A stretch of 64,000 bases of DNA from assembly GCA_032057205.1 (NCBI GenBank), contig DAMCFT010000004.1, positions 132,890 through 196,889 on the forward strand. Reading direction: 5' to 3'. Position numbers and translations under genes: made by a program. The notes under the pieces were generated by a model. That model worked only from the letters and a program-made list of their open reading frames with translations, was not told the origin of the DNA and ran no database searches. This stretch comes from Kaistella sp. (GTDB lineage: Bacteria; Bacteroidota; Bacteroidia; Flavobacteriales; Weeksellaceae). Of the stretch, positions 35,569 through 44,986 are shown in pieces (within the stretch, counting starts at the first letter, position 1; each line of letters starts with the position of its first letter).

Positions 35569-36651
35569 ATGAAATTAAATTTATTATTAACCCTCGCTGT
35601 GCCCGCAGTATTTTTTGCGCAGAGCACCAGGACTGATCTCGGCCTTGGTGATTATCCAAATGAGTACACCTCGGGATCAGCCAATGTGAAAAGGTTTGAT
35701 AACCCTTCACGCTTTTTTAAAGACTGGTCTATCTCGGTAGGCGGCGGCGGTGCTTTCATGCATGCAGCTGATGTTACTTCCTTTTATGGCGGCGATGTCA
35801 ACTGGGGCTGGAACGCGTATGCATCATTAAACAAACAGATTGCTCATTTCTTCGGAATGGGAATTCAGTATGCGATGGGGCAGACCAATCAAAAGGCACA
35901 ATTGCCCGGTCAGGCCGGTGTGGATGCAGGTGTGGCTACCGCTTACACCAAATATCGCCAGCTGACATTGATGGGCGATATTAATTTTTCGAACTTACTA
36001 AGAAGAGTTGATAATAAATCTGCCTTCAAATGGGCTTTGCATGGTTATGTGGGAGCAGGTTTCCAGGGATATGATGCTTTGCTGCTGGACAACGACCAAT
36101 CACGCTGGAGCACAAATCCGCCAAGAATTCCGATCGATATTAAGCAGAAACTTGGCCTGGATTCATTTATGATGACATTTGGAACCGGATTGAAATATAA
36201 CTTATCATCTTTGATGGATGTGGAGGCCCGTGTCATGTATATCATCAGTGGTGACGATTCCTTTGATGCCGGCGGCTACGCCAGTAACGGTCGTCCGCCA
36301 TACAATGCTATTAAACCACAGCATTCCGACAATATGTTCACCGCGAACCTGGGGCTGACCTTTAAATTAGGCAAACAGGAAACGCACCTGGCCTGGCATG
36401 ATCCGATGCAGGACGTGAACTGGCGTGCAGATGTACTTGAAAACCGTCCGGTGGAATTTGAAGTGTGCAAAAGTGGAGACAAGGATAACGATGGGGTGTG
36501 CGACGATTGGGATCGTGAACTGGACACACCGGAAGGTGCCCGTGTTGACGGTGCCGGTGTAGCACTGGATATGGATCTGGATGGCGTGATTGACTTATAC
36601 GATAAGTGTGTAACCGTGCCCGGCCGTGCAGATAATCACGGATGCCCATAA
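35569..36651 (+). CDS. OmpA-type beta-barrel protein with thrombospondin type-3 repeats but no OmpA C-terminal domain
   Basis: ORF track 35494 trimmed to ATG 35569 (MKLNLLLTLAVPAVFFAQ). Paralog of the next gene along the barrel and the TSP3 segment (CKSGDKDNDGVCDDWDRELDTPEGARVDGAGVALDMDLDGVIDLYDKC). It stops right after ..NHGCP. Confidence 0.75.
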   Translation: MKLNLLLTLAVPAVFFAQSTRTDLGLGDYPNEYTSGSANVKRFDNPSRFFKDWSISVGGGGAFMHAADVTSFYGGDVNWGWNAYASLNKQIAHFFGMGIQYAMGQTNQKAQLPGQAGVDAGVATAYTKYRQLTLMGDINFSNLLRRVDNKSAFKWALHGYVGAGFQGYDALLLDNDQSRWSTNPPRIPIDIKQKLGLDSFMMTFGTGLKYNLSSLMDVEARVMYIISGDDSFDAGGYASNGRPPYNAIKPQHSDNMFTANLGLTFKLGKQETHLAWHDPMQDVNWRADVLENRPVEFEVCKSGDKDNDGVCDDWDRELDTPEGARVDGAGVALDMDLDGVIDLYDKCVTVPGRADNHGCP

Positions 36652-36730
36652 ACACTAAAAATCCGGACGGCTTTGGCGCAATATTTGCCAATGGCAGTAC
36701 AGATTTGCAATACAAATAATAAAAAAAATT

Positions 36731-38182
36731 ATGAAACTAAATTTAACCGCTGTTTTATTTGCACTTACAATTCCGGCAGCCGCACTGGCTCAGCAGGATA
36801 GTATGACTGTAACCTCAGCCGGGTATCCCAGTGCATATGCATCAGGATCATCCAACGTGTCGCCTTTTACACAGGAATCAAAAAGATTTAATGACTGGGC
36901 AATCTCTGCCGGTGCAGGAGTGCCGCTCATGCAGTCTTCTGACCTGACTTCAATCAAAGGATTCGGAGCCGGTAAGAACCTGTATGGCTGGTCGGCATAC
37001 GTGTCTGTTGATAAAGCGCTTACCCACGCGTTTGGACTGAAACTTCAGTACGATAAAGGAGAATCGCGTCAGGGCTTTGTAAACACAAAAGATCATGTTG
37101 CCTCTCCGGAAGGTCCCGGTGCACGTACGCAATACGATGCTATATCGCTGTTAGGAGACCTTAATATTTCCAACCTGCTTCGTCGGGTGGATAATCATTC
37201 GCCATACCGCTGGGCACTTCACGGGTATGCAGGGATAGGTTCACTGGCGTACCGCGCCTATCTTCAGGAGGCAGGTCCTGTTTACAACCAGAGCCTGGTT
37301 ACCGAAGTAAAACCTTTTAAATTAAATAGCCTGTTCGGCCAGGCAGGTGCCGGTCTGAAGTACCGTGCGACACCGAAGATTGATCTGGAAACACGCTTAA
37401 TGTATATCGTAACCGGAGATGACACCTTTGATGGTGCCGGCGGACCTGGATATAACGGAAAAGCAAATGACAACACTTCCGATAACCTGATTAATTTCAC
37501 CATTGGGGCTACCTTAAATTTAGGAAAACACGAATCTCACCTGTTCTGGCATGACCCGCTGCAGGAAATTTACTACAAGCTTGATGTGCTGGCAGACAGA
37601 AATCAGGATGTGGAAGTTTGCAAGAGCGGTGATGCTGATAATGATGGCGTGTGCGATGACTGGGATCGCCAACTGGATACACCGGCAGGTGCACGTGTTG
37701 ATGGAGCCGGGGTTGCACTGGATACCGATCTGGATGGCGTAATTGACCTGTATGATAAGTGTGTAACAGTTCCGGGACCAGTGGAGAATAATGGCTGCCC
37801 GCTGAGCTCCAGTTCTTCTACCGTTTCAGATGACACCCGTTCGCTGGAAGGAATTGAATTTGATCTGAACTCTGATCGTATTCTGCCATCCAATACGCCG
37901 ATTCTGAACAACGCAGTTAACTATATTAACTCTTCCGAAGGAACCTATAACGTAGTAGGTGCTACAGATACCAGAGGTACGGCAGCTTATAACCAAAACC
38001 TTTCTGAAAGAAGAGCCAACAACGTGAAGAATTACCTGATCCAGAATGGAGTAAATTCAGGTAAGCTGAACGCAGTCGGAAAAGGGAAAACAGACCTGAA
38101 ATATCCGGAATGTGATCCTGCTACAAAATGCCCGGAATGGAAAAACCGAGCAAACCGTAGAGTTTATTTCGAAGCAAAATAA
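36731..38182 (+). CDS. ompA: OmpA family outer-membrane protein (barrel + TSP3 repeats + OmpA_C)
   Basis: 483 aa. Signal peptide, TSP3 repeats, and a C-terminal peptidoglycan-binding domain (VVGATDTRGTAAYNQNLSERRANNVKNYL). Confidence 0.9.
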   Translation: MKLNLTAVLFALTIPAAALAQQDSMTVTSAGYPSAYASGSSNVSPFTQESKRFNDWAISAGAGVPLMQSSDLTSIKGFGAGKNLYGWSAYVSVDKALTHAFGLKLQYDKGESRQGFVNTKDHVASPEGPGARTQYDAISLLGDLNISNLLRRVDNHSPYRWALHGYAGIGSLAYRAYLQEAGPVYNQSLVTEVKPFKLNSLFGQAGAGLKYRATPKIDLETRLMYIVTGDDTFDGAGGPGYNGKANDNTSDNLINFTIGATLNLGKHESHLFWHDPLQEIYYKLDVLADRNQDVEVCKSGDADNDGVCDDWDRQLDTPAGARVDGAGVALDTDLDGVIDLYDKCVTVPGPVENNGCPLSSSSSTVSDDTRSLEGIEFDLNSDRILPSNTPILNNAVNYINSSEGTYNVVGATDTRGTAAYNQNLSERRANNVKNYLIQNGVNSGKLNAVGKGKTDLKYPECDPATKCPEWKNRANRRVYFEAK

Positions 38183-38204
38183 TCTTGCAGAATTTATAAA
38201 ATTG

Positions 38205-38240
38205 AAAAGCCATGCATTCACTGCGTGGCTTTTCTGTTGT
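38205..38240 (+). terminator. rho-independent terminator after ompA
   Basis: aaaagccatgca-ttcac-tgcgtggctttt (12 bp including one G.U), then tctgttgtttt. Confidence 0.7.
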
Positions 38241-38268
38241 TTTACGCCAGATCTTTATTTACTTTTAC

Positions 38269-40191
38269 GTGGTGATATCAGCCGAACAGTTTACCGCATT
38301 GAAAAAGCAAACCCTGAAACATTTTTGGGGGCACGATGCTTTTCGCGAACTGCAGGAGGAAATCATAGATACAGTCATAAGCGGCCAAGATGCGCTGGCC
38401 CTGCTGCCCACCGGTGGCGGTAAATCACTTTGTTACCAGTTACCTGCGCTGTTGCTCGAAGGAACCTGCATCATCATATCGCCGCTGTTGGCCCTGATGA
38501 AAGATCAGGTCATCCAGATGCGCCGGCAAGGTGTGGAAGCAGAATGTCTCTCCGCGGAACTGGAAGATTTTATGGCAGAAGAAATTTTCTCCCGTTGCAA
38601 GGAAGGCCTCACCAAACTTTTATATGTATCGCCGGAGCGTTTAACAAATCGGCTGTTTCTGGACCATTTGCCTGAAATTAACGTTTCGATGATCGCGGTG
38701 GACGAAGCACATTGTATCTCAGAATGGGGACAGGACTTCCGGCCGAGCTATCAGCATATTCGCGCCTTTCGCGAAGGATTGGGAAATATTCCCTGTCTCG
38801 CGCTCACGGCAACCGCTACACCCAAAGTACTGGAGGAGATTAAAGCAAAACTCGGCCTGCGAAATGCGCAGACTTTTCAGCAAAGTTTTCAGCGTTCCAA
38901 CATTCGGATTATAAGCAACAAAACCGGAGATAAATATGAGCAAGTACTTAAAATCCTGCGTTACACGCAATCCTCAGGCATTATTTACGTTCGGACCCGA
39001 AAAGAAACAGAGCAACTTACCGAATTTCTGAACAGGAACCAGCTCAGCAATGTGGATTATTTCCATGCCGGCATTCCGGCTTTTGAAAAGAACCGAAAGC
39101 AGAAGCAGTGGCTTAGCAGCAATCAGCACGTACTGGTTGCAACCAATGCATTCGGGATGGGAATCAACAAGGATAACGTGCGGTTTATTATTCATTTTTC
39201 TCCTGCAGGTTCTCTTGAAAATTATTATCAGGAAATCGGCAGGGCAGGGCGAGATGGTGCGGAGTCGTACGCCTTCTTGCTGTGGAATGAGCAGGAACTT
39301 AAAAACTTTGACCAGATTCTGGCCAATCAGATTCCCTCCAAAAAAGAATACACCGCCATTGTATCTTATTTGTATTCCTCTTTTCAGGTGGCTGAAAATG
39401 ATTTGCCGGAAGAGTTATTTCAGCTTCAGATTCAGCGGATCCAGAAATTTACGAAATGCTCATTAGCAAAAATCCGAAACGTCCTGAGTTTTCTGCACCA
39501 TCAGGAATTGATACATTACGATGCGCAGCAGGCCTTGTCTTCTTTAGAATTAAAAATAAAAACCGGGGAAATAGATTTGCTGCACAGGAAAGATGCGTAT
39601 CTGGTGGAACTTCTGTTGCGTTCCTTATCCGGTTTATCTTCCGGCCGCCGTGTTTTGTTTAGCGAGAAAAAACTCAGTGAAAAACTGGAAGCTGATTTAC
39701 TGCTGGTTCGCGAGCGGCTGCGGGAATTGCAGGCAAAAGGTTATCTGGAGTATATCGATGGTGCTTTGTCGCGCATCAGGTTTTTAAAACACCGCGAAGA
39801 CCGCGCCCTGAATGGAAAATACTGGCATTTGTTTGAGCAGATCCAAAAAAATAAAATCCGCAAATGGGAAGAAATGAAGTTCTTTGTGGAAAATGAGGAT
39901 TATTGCAAAATGCGCATGATTCTCACCTATTTCGGAGAAAAAAATGCCGGCGACTGTGGAACGTGCTCCGTTTGCGAACAGCAGAAAGACACACTCGTTG
40001 GAAAAGATGTTTCCGCAGAAATTCTTCAGGTCTTAAGAACAGCACCGGCCGATATTGAGGAACTCAGCATCAAACTCAGCTATTTTGCTAAAGAAAATAT
40101 TCTGGAAAACCTGATTTATCTGCTCGACAATGGTAAAATTAAAATGCTCAATTTCCGGACGTATTGCTATAACCACGACACATCCCTTTAA
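38269..40191 (+). CDS. recQ: RecQ-family ATP-dependent DNA helicase
   Basis: The ORF track ATG 38212 lies inside the ompA terminator hairpin, so I prefer GTG 38269/38272 (..ISAEQFTALKKQTLKHFWGHDAFR). LLPTGGGKSLCYQLP, AVDEAHCISEWGQDFRP, QEIGRAGRDG. CxxCxxC zinc motif near the C-terminus. Confidence 0.85.
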   Translation: MVISAEQFTALKKQTLKHFWGHDAFRELQEEIIDTVISGQDALALLPTGGGKSLCYQLPALLLEGTCIIISPLLALMKDQVIQMRRQGVEAECLSAELEDFMAEEIFSRCKEGLTKLLYVSPERLTNRLFLDHLPEINVSMIAVDEAHCISEWGQDFRPSYQHIRAFREGLGNIPCLALTATATPKVLEEIKAKLGLRNAQTFQQSFQRSNIRIISNKTGDKYEQVLKILRYTQSSGIIYVRTRKETEQLTEFLNRNQLSNVDYFHAGIPAFEKNRKQKQWLSSNQHVLVATNAFGMGINKDNVRFIIHFSPAGSLENYYQEIGRAGRDGAESYAFLLWNEQELKNFDQILANQIPSKKEYTAIVSYLYSSFQVAENDLPEELFQLQIQRIQKFTKCSLAKIRNVLSFLHHQELIHYDAQQALSSLELKIKTGEIDLLHRKDAYLVELLLRSLSGLSSGRRVLFSEKKLSEKLEADLLLVRERLRELQAKGYLEYIDGALSRIRFLKHREDRALNGKYWHLFEQIQKNKIRKWEEMKFFVENEDYCKMRMILTYFGEKNAGDCGTCSVCEQQKDTLVGKDVSAEILQVLRTAPADIEELSIKLSYFAKENILENLIYLLDNGKIKMLNFRTYCYNHDTSL

Positions 40192-40211
40192 CTTAAAATC
40201 TAAAACAAAAT

Positions 40212-41162
40212 ATGAAGTCTTTGAAAGTTGTCTTTTTTGGTACGCCCGAATTTGCAAAGGTAATCCTGCAGCATATTCACGAATCCCATCATGAGGTGGC
40301 AGGCGTGGTCACTGTAGCGGACAAAGCCAGCGGGCGCGGTCAGAAAATACAACAGTCAGCTGTGAAACAATACGCCGACAGCCAGAATTTAAAAACGCTT
40401 CAACCTGAAAAACTGCGTGACGAACATTTTCTGGAAGAAGTCCGCAGCTTGCAGGCAGACATTTTTGTGGTGGTGGCTTTCCGGATGATGCCCAAAGTTC
40501 TGTTTGAAATGCCGCCGCTGGGCACTTTTAACCTGCACGCTTCTTTGCTGCCGGATTACCGTGGTGCCGCGCCGATCAATTATGCCATTATTAATGGTGA
40601 AAAAGAAACAGGCGTGACCACTTTTTTTATTAACGAAAAGATTGATGAAGGAAATATTCTGTTGCAGAAGAAAACGTCCATCGGTCAAAATGAAACAGCC
40701 GGAGAACTACATGATAGGCTGATGCAGGATGGTGCTGATCTTGTCCTGGAAACGTTGAATGGCCTCGCTGCAGGCACGATTAAAGAAAACCCTCAACCCA
40801 AAACGGAACAGCCGAAAACAGCGTATAAAATATTTAAAGATGATACGCGGATTAACTGGAGTCAGCCGGCGGAGCAGGTCCATAATTTCATTCGCGGGAT
40901 GTCGCCTTACCCTGCAGCGTTCACCTATGTAACATTAAATGATGAAAAGAAATTCCTGAAAATATACAGCGGTACATTTGAGGTGGTACATCATGACAAA
41001 CTGCCGGGCAGTTTTGATATCAGCAAGAACAGTTTTGTTTTTTACACCGCAGATGGAACGTACACACCAACAGAAGTGCAGCTGGAAGGAAAGAAGCGCG
41101 TGGCCGTGAAAGATTTCCTAAATGGGTTTCAAAACTTCGAAAATATTCGCACTGCGGAATAA
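40212..41162 (+). CDS. fmt: methionyl-tRNA formyltransferase
   Basis: 316 aa. VVFFGTPEFA and HASLLPDYRGAAPI. Confidence 0.9.
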   Translation: MKSLKVVFFGTPEFAKVILQHIHESHHEVAGVVTVADKASGRGQKIQQSAVKQYADSQNLKTLQPEKLRDEHFLEEVRSLQADIFVVVAFRMMPKVLFEMPPLGTFNLHASLLPDYRGAAPINYAIINGEKETGVTTFFINEKIDEGNILLQKKTSIGQNETAGELHDRLMQDGADLVLETLNGLAAGTIKENPQPKTEQPKTAYKIFKDDTRINWSQPAEQVHNFIRGMSPYPAAFTYVTLNDEKKFLKIYSGTFEVVHHDKLPGSFDISKNSFVFYTADGTYTPTEVQLEGKKRVAVKDFLNGFQNFENIRTAE

Positions 41163-41185
41163 ATTCTATATTTAAATATAAAGAC

Positions 41186-41219
41186 AAAAAAATCTCCCTT
41201 CGAGCAGAAAGGAGATTTT
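41186..41219. terminator. bidirectional hairpin terminator (fmt / tsf convergent)
   Basis: aaaaaatctcc-cttcgagcagaaa-ggagatttt. Confidence 0.6.
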
Positions 41220-41239
41220 CTTATTAAGAATGAGATTTC

Positions 41240-42064
41240 TTAGGTCAGGCTTACGCGAACGAAACCAAGAACTTTCAGGTCACTGTTGATAGACTTCACA
41301 TAATCAGCTACAGACATGTTGCTGTCTTTGATGAAAGCCTGGTGTACCAGTGTGTTGTCTTTGTAGAAACGCTGCATTTTTCCTTTCAGGATGTTGTCGA
41401 TGATATTCGCAGGTTTTCCTTCTTTTGTCAGAAGTTCACGCTCGATATCCAATTCTTTGTCGATGGTTTCCTGAGAAACAGAAGTTTCATCCAGGGCCAG
41501 TGGGTTCATCGCTGCAACCTGCATGGAAACTGCTTTTGCAGCATCAGCAGCACCGTCTACATTTGCTGAAAGGGAAGTGATAGCCGCAATCTTGTTACCC
41601 GCGTGGATATAAGAACCCAGGAAAGGACCTTCAATTCTTTCAAAAGAACCGATCTCAATTTTTTCACCAATAACGCCGGTTTGCTCAATCAGCTTATCGC
41701 TTACCGTTACACCGTGGAAGTCAGAGGCCAGAAGCTCTTCTTTGGTCGCATACGCCAAAGCCTGCTCTGCCAACTGATGTGCCAGTTCTACGAAGTTATC
41801 GTTTTTCGCTACGAAGTCAGTTTCGCAGTTCAGCGCAATGATCACACCTTGTGTGTTATCTTCGTTTACTTTTGCGATTACTGCTCCTTCAGTAGATTCA
41901 CGGTCTGCGCGGTTCGCTGCTACTTTCTGGCCTTTCTTACGCAGGTTCTCAATAGCTTTATCGAAATCTCCTTCAGCTTCTACCAAAGCTTTTTTGCAGT
42001 CCATCATCCCTGCACCTGTAATGTTTCTTAATTTCGCTACATCTGCAGCAACCGGTGTATACAT
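41240..42064 (-). CDS. tsf: translation elongation factor Ts
   Basis: 274 aa. LRNITGAGMMDCKKALVEAEGDFDKAIENLRKKG. Confidence 0.95.
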   Translation of the reverse strand: MYTPVAADVAKLRNITGAGMMDCKKALVEAEGDFDKAIENLRKKGQKVAANRADRESTEGAVIAKVNEDNTQGVIIALNCETDFVAKNDNFVELAHQLAEQALAYATKEELLASDFHGVTVSDKLIEQTGVIGEKIEIGSFERIEGPFLGSYIHAGNKIAAITSLSANVDGAADAAKAVSMQVAAMNPLALDETSVSQETIDKELDIERELLTKEGKPANIIDNILKGKMQRFYKDNTLVHQAFIKDSNMSVADYVKSINSDLKVLGFVRVSLT

Positions 42065-42117
42065 ATCTCTATTTTTTTGTATTAAATTTGACTTGTTAAG
42101 CTCATTTTTAAGCCCTG

Positions 42118-42125
42118 CAAAGATA
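42118..42125 (-). promoter_or_regulatory. candidate -7 box for tsf
   Basis: TAtcTTTG on minus strand, 53 nt before ATG. Confidence 0.4.
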
Positions 42126-42202
42126 ATAAATTCTGAATAAACTAAAAAGCAGATTTAACCGTTATGCTTTCAGGTAATCTCAACTAAAATGCTCCGGTTT
42201 TT

Positions 42203-42781
42203 ATGAAAAAACTTCTCTCTTTTATATTTGTTTTTATATTTCTCACCGTTTGGTCGCAGTCCAAATACACTGTGGCACAGGTAGAGAAAAGCAACGATCC
42301 GCAAGTCATTGCCAACTTTGTGAAATTCAACCCGAACCACCCGCGAACGCCTGCCTTTAAGCAAAAACTGATCGCCATTGTGGTAAATGATAAACCCGCC
42401 GCCCAGCAGGCAAAAGTGGCCAAGCCGTCCGTAACGCCGGTCAGCACCAAAAAGTTACAGAATGAAGTGCGCCGCGATGTGGCCAAAAACGGCACAAACG
42501 CGAAACATAAAAGAACAGAAGAACTGCTCAATCATCTCTTTAATAATGATGCCGGCAGCCGCCAGGCGTATGTGCAGATTGTGAACAAGTCTGCCTGCAA
42601 CCTGATTGTGAAAATTAGTGGTAAAAGGTTCTACAACCTGGATGTGCCTGCCAAGAATCAGAACTTCATTCTTGTGGATAAAGGTTCCTACACCGTGACC
42701 ACCTCGGTTTGCGATGCCAAATACAGTTCAGTGAAAAATATCGGGAAGGATATTGTGATTACACTCAACCAGCCGAAATAG
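42203..42781 (+). CDS. hypothetical secreted protein
   Basis: 192 aa. Signal peptide MKKLLSFIFVFIFLTVWSQ. Lys/Ala-rich linker, then a C-terminal beta-rich ~80 aa. No family recognised. Confidence 0.5.
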   Translation: MKKLLSFIFVFIFLTVWSQSKYTVAQVEKSNDPQVIANFVKFNPNHPRTPAFKQKLIAIVVNDKPAAQQAKVAKPSVTPVSTKKLQNEVRRDVAKNGTNAKHKRTEELLNHLFNNDAGSRQAYVQIVNKSACNLIVKISGKRFYNLDVPAKNQNFILVDKGSYTVTTSVCDAKYSSVKNIGKDIVITLNQPK

Positions 42782-43486
42782 TTATTTCTTTTTGAAGATG
42801 TGGAAGTCTTTGGTCAACTCAAGGTATTCCTGGCTGTATTCCCGCGGATTATTTTCCAGCACAAGTTCTTCTTCGCTCAGCTGAACATTGGTATTTTTAA
42901 TGTATTCCAAAACTACCCGTTTGGGTTGGCCGCCTCTGCGTCCGAAAATCATTACTTGTCTTGATTTAAACAGCTGATGCTGTTCGCTTATTTCAGTGAA
43001 TGTCTTTTCGCTGTCCGCCGGAATAATGACACTGAGCTTTCCCGAGGAGGCGAGCATTTTCGAACTTGTTTGGATTAAATCAGAAAAAGTAAGCAGCAGT
43101 TGTTGCCGCGCCCATAAATCTTTGCCGGAGTCATTTGCCTCAAAATACGGCGGATTGCAGACGATATGATTTACTGTAAATTTTGTCTCAAAATTTCTGA
43201 AATCTGCAACAGTTGCAGTCAGACGGTTGCTCCAGGGCGAAGCTTTAAAGTTATTGCCGGCTAACCTGGCAGCCAGTGGGTTAATATCAATTGCGGCGAA
43301 AGTGGCCTCAGGATAGCGCTGGGCAAGCATGAGTGTAATAATGCCGGAACCGGTGCCCACTTCCAAAACGGATGCTGTTGTTTCTTCAATTTGCGCCAGT
43401 GCGCCTAGCAGAACGCCATCGGTTCCTACCCGAAATACTTCAGAATGCTGCTGAACAGAAAATTGCTGGAAATGAAATGGTTTCAA
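42782..43486 (-). CDS. tRNA (adenine-N6)-methyltransferase, TrmN6/YfiC-like
   Basis: 234 aa. SAM motif VLEVGTGSGI and catalytic IVCNPPYF. Confidence 0.8.
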   Translation of the reverse strand: MKPFHFQQFSVQQHSEVFRVGTDGVLLGALAQIEETTASVLEVGTGSGIITLMLAQRYPEATFAAIDINPLAARLAGNNFKASPWSNRLTATVADFRNFETKFTVNHIVCNPPYFEANDSGKDLWARQQLLLTFSDLIQTSSKMLASSGKLSVIIPADSEKTFTEISEQHQLFKSRQVMIFGRRGGQPKRVVLEYIKNTNVQLSEEELVLENNPREYSQEYLELTKDFHIFKKK

Positions 43487-43498
43487 AAGAACGGCTGA

Positions 43499-44986
43499 TT
43501 ACTGATGCGCCACCAACTCCGGCTGCGGCTGCTTTACATTGCTGGGCAGGGAAATCGTGAAGCAGGTACCTTTGCCCTGTTCAGATTTCAGGGTGATTTC
43601 TCCTTTGTAATCCTCCACCATTTTGCGGACCATGGTCAGGCCAATACCCATTCCGCCGGATTTCGATGTGAAATTCGGTTCGAAGATGCGGCCCATCATC
43701 TCAGGATCAATGCCGCTGCCTTTATCTTCCACGCTGATGATAATTCGCTTTTGGCGCTGTTCCACATCCACATTAATTATGTTTTCGCGCTCGTCGGATG
43801 TAGCCTGCTGTGCATTAGACACGAGATTGGTAATGATGCGCATCAGGTAGGTTTTATCCATATTCACCATTATTTCGATCTTATTGCTGTGGAAATATAT
43901 TTTTTCGCCGCTATAGATTCTTAAGATGTTTTGTATTTCTTTATTAATGTCGAAAAGTTCGTTATTCTTCTCCGGTAATTGAGCAAATTGTGAGAAAGCA
44001 TTCGCAACGGTAGCGATCAGGTCGATCTGATCCACCATTACTTTGCAGAGCCTCTTTACTTTATCCGTCGCCTGCGGATCTTCCGGATCGAATTTACGCT
44101 CAAAATTCTGGATGGTCAGTTTCATTGGCGTGAGTGGATTTTTCACCTCATGCGCTACCTGCTTGGCCATTTCGCGCCAGGCTTCTTCTTTTTCTTTAAA
44201 ACTAAGGCGTTCTTTCTGTTCATGAATCTGGAGAATCATCCGGTTGTAAGCTTTCACGAGTTGGTTAAGCTCATCATTCTGGTAATACCGGATCGGCTGC
44301 GGATCTTCGTCCAGCAGCGTAACCCGGTTGATCAGGTCAGAGAATTTCCGTACTGTACGCGTTAAGTGCCTTGAGATGATCCAGCTCAGCAGAATCCCAA
44401 TACCCAGGACCACTGCATTTACAATGAGAATGAAATTAAAATATCTTTTAAAGACGCTGTTGTAGGAAGAATCATTATGATAATACGGAAAATACACAAT
44501 GCCGATCGGTTCCAGCATGTTGTTTTTCAGCACGATATAAGAGGAAGTTACATTTGCGTCGATATTTTTATCATACGACTGAATATCCACCCGCTCATTG
44601 CTGCGAAGTGTTCGATTAATAAGATCGAGTGAAAGTTTTTTCTGCGGAATTAAATTATAATCTTTATTTGAAATCAGAAAATCGCCCTTCAGGTCATAAA
44701 TGATAATATCCTGATTATTAATATCGGCAATCTCAAAAATAGAATTTGATAAGATACTGACCAGGTTATCAGTCTGCACCTGGGTGTGGCTCACGGCATA
44801 ATCCAGAGAGGACATCAGCGACTCGGAGCGTTTCTGCAAATCGGTGCGGCTCAGCACATCAGCATTGTTCTGCAGAATCCAGTACGACAGAAAAGAGGAA
44901 CCGCCGATGCTCAGGATGCAAGTCAACAGAAATGCCCAGAACATCTTTTTCCTCAAACTAAAACCTTTATACTTAGATAGGGGCAT
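43499..44986 (-). CDS. sensor histidine kinase (NtrY-like H-box), no adjacent response regulator
   Basis: 495 aa. Two TM helices flanking a periplasmic domain, HAMP-like linker, H-box AHEVKNPLTPM, N-box NLVSNAQQA, G-boxes DKGSGI / GGMGIGL. Confidence 0.85.
   Translation of the reverse strand: MPLSKYKGFSLRKKMFWAFLLTCILSIGGSSFLSYWILQNNADVLSRTDLQKRSESLMSSLDYAVSHTQVQTDNLVSILSNSIFEIADINNQDIIIYDLKGDFLISNKDYNLIPQKKLSLDLINRTLRSNERVDIQSYDKNIDANVTSSYIVLKNNMLEPIGIVYFPYYHNDSSYNSVFKRYFNFILIVNAVVLGIGILLSWIISRHLTRTVRKFSDLINRVTLLDEDPQPIRYYQNDELNQLVKAYNRMILQIHEQKERLSFKEKEEAWREMAKQVAHEVKNPLTPMKLTIQNFERKFDPEDPQATDKVKRLCKVMVDQIDLIATVANAFSQFAQLPEKNNELFDINKEIQNILRIYSGEKIYFHSNKIEIMVNMDKTYLMRIITNLVSNAQQATSDERENIINVDVEQRQKRIIISVEDKGSGIDPEMMGRIFEPNFTSKSGGMGIGLTMVRKMVEDYKGEITLKSEQGKGTCFTISLPSNVKQPQPELVAHQ

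Noticed and set aside
38212-38268. ATG 38212 as the recQ start.
   Set aside because: This ATG sits in the left arm/loop of the ompA terminator hairpin (38205-38233). The first ~19 residues (MHSLRGFSVVLRQIFIYFY) look non-native. GTG 38269/38272 gives a normal distance to the Q-motif region. Not proven; the start remains uncertain.
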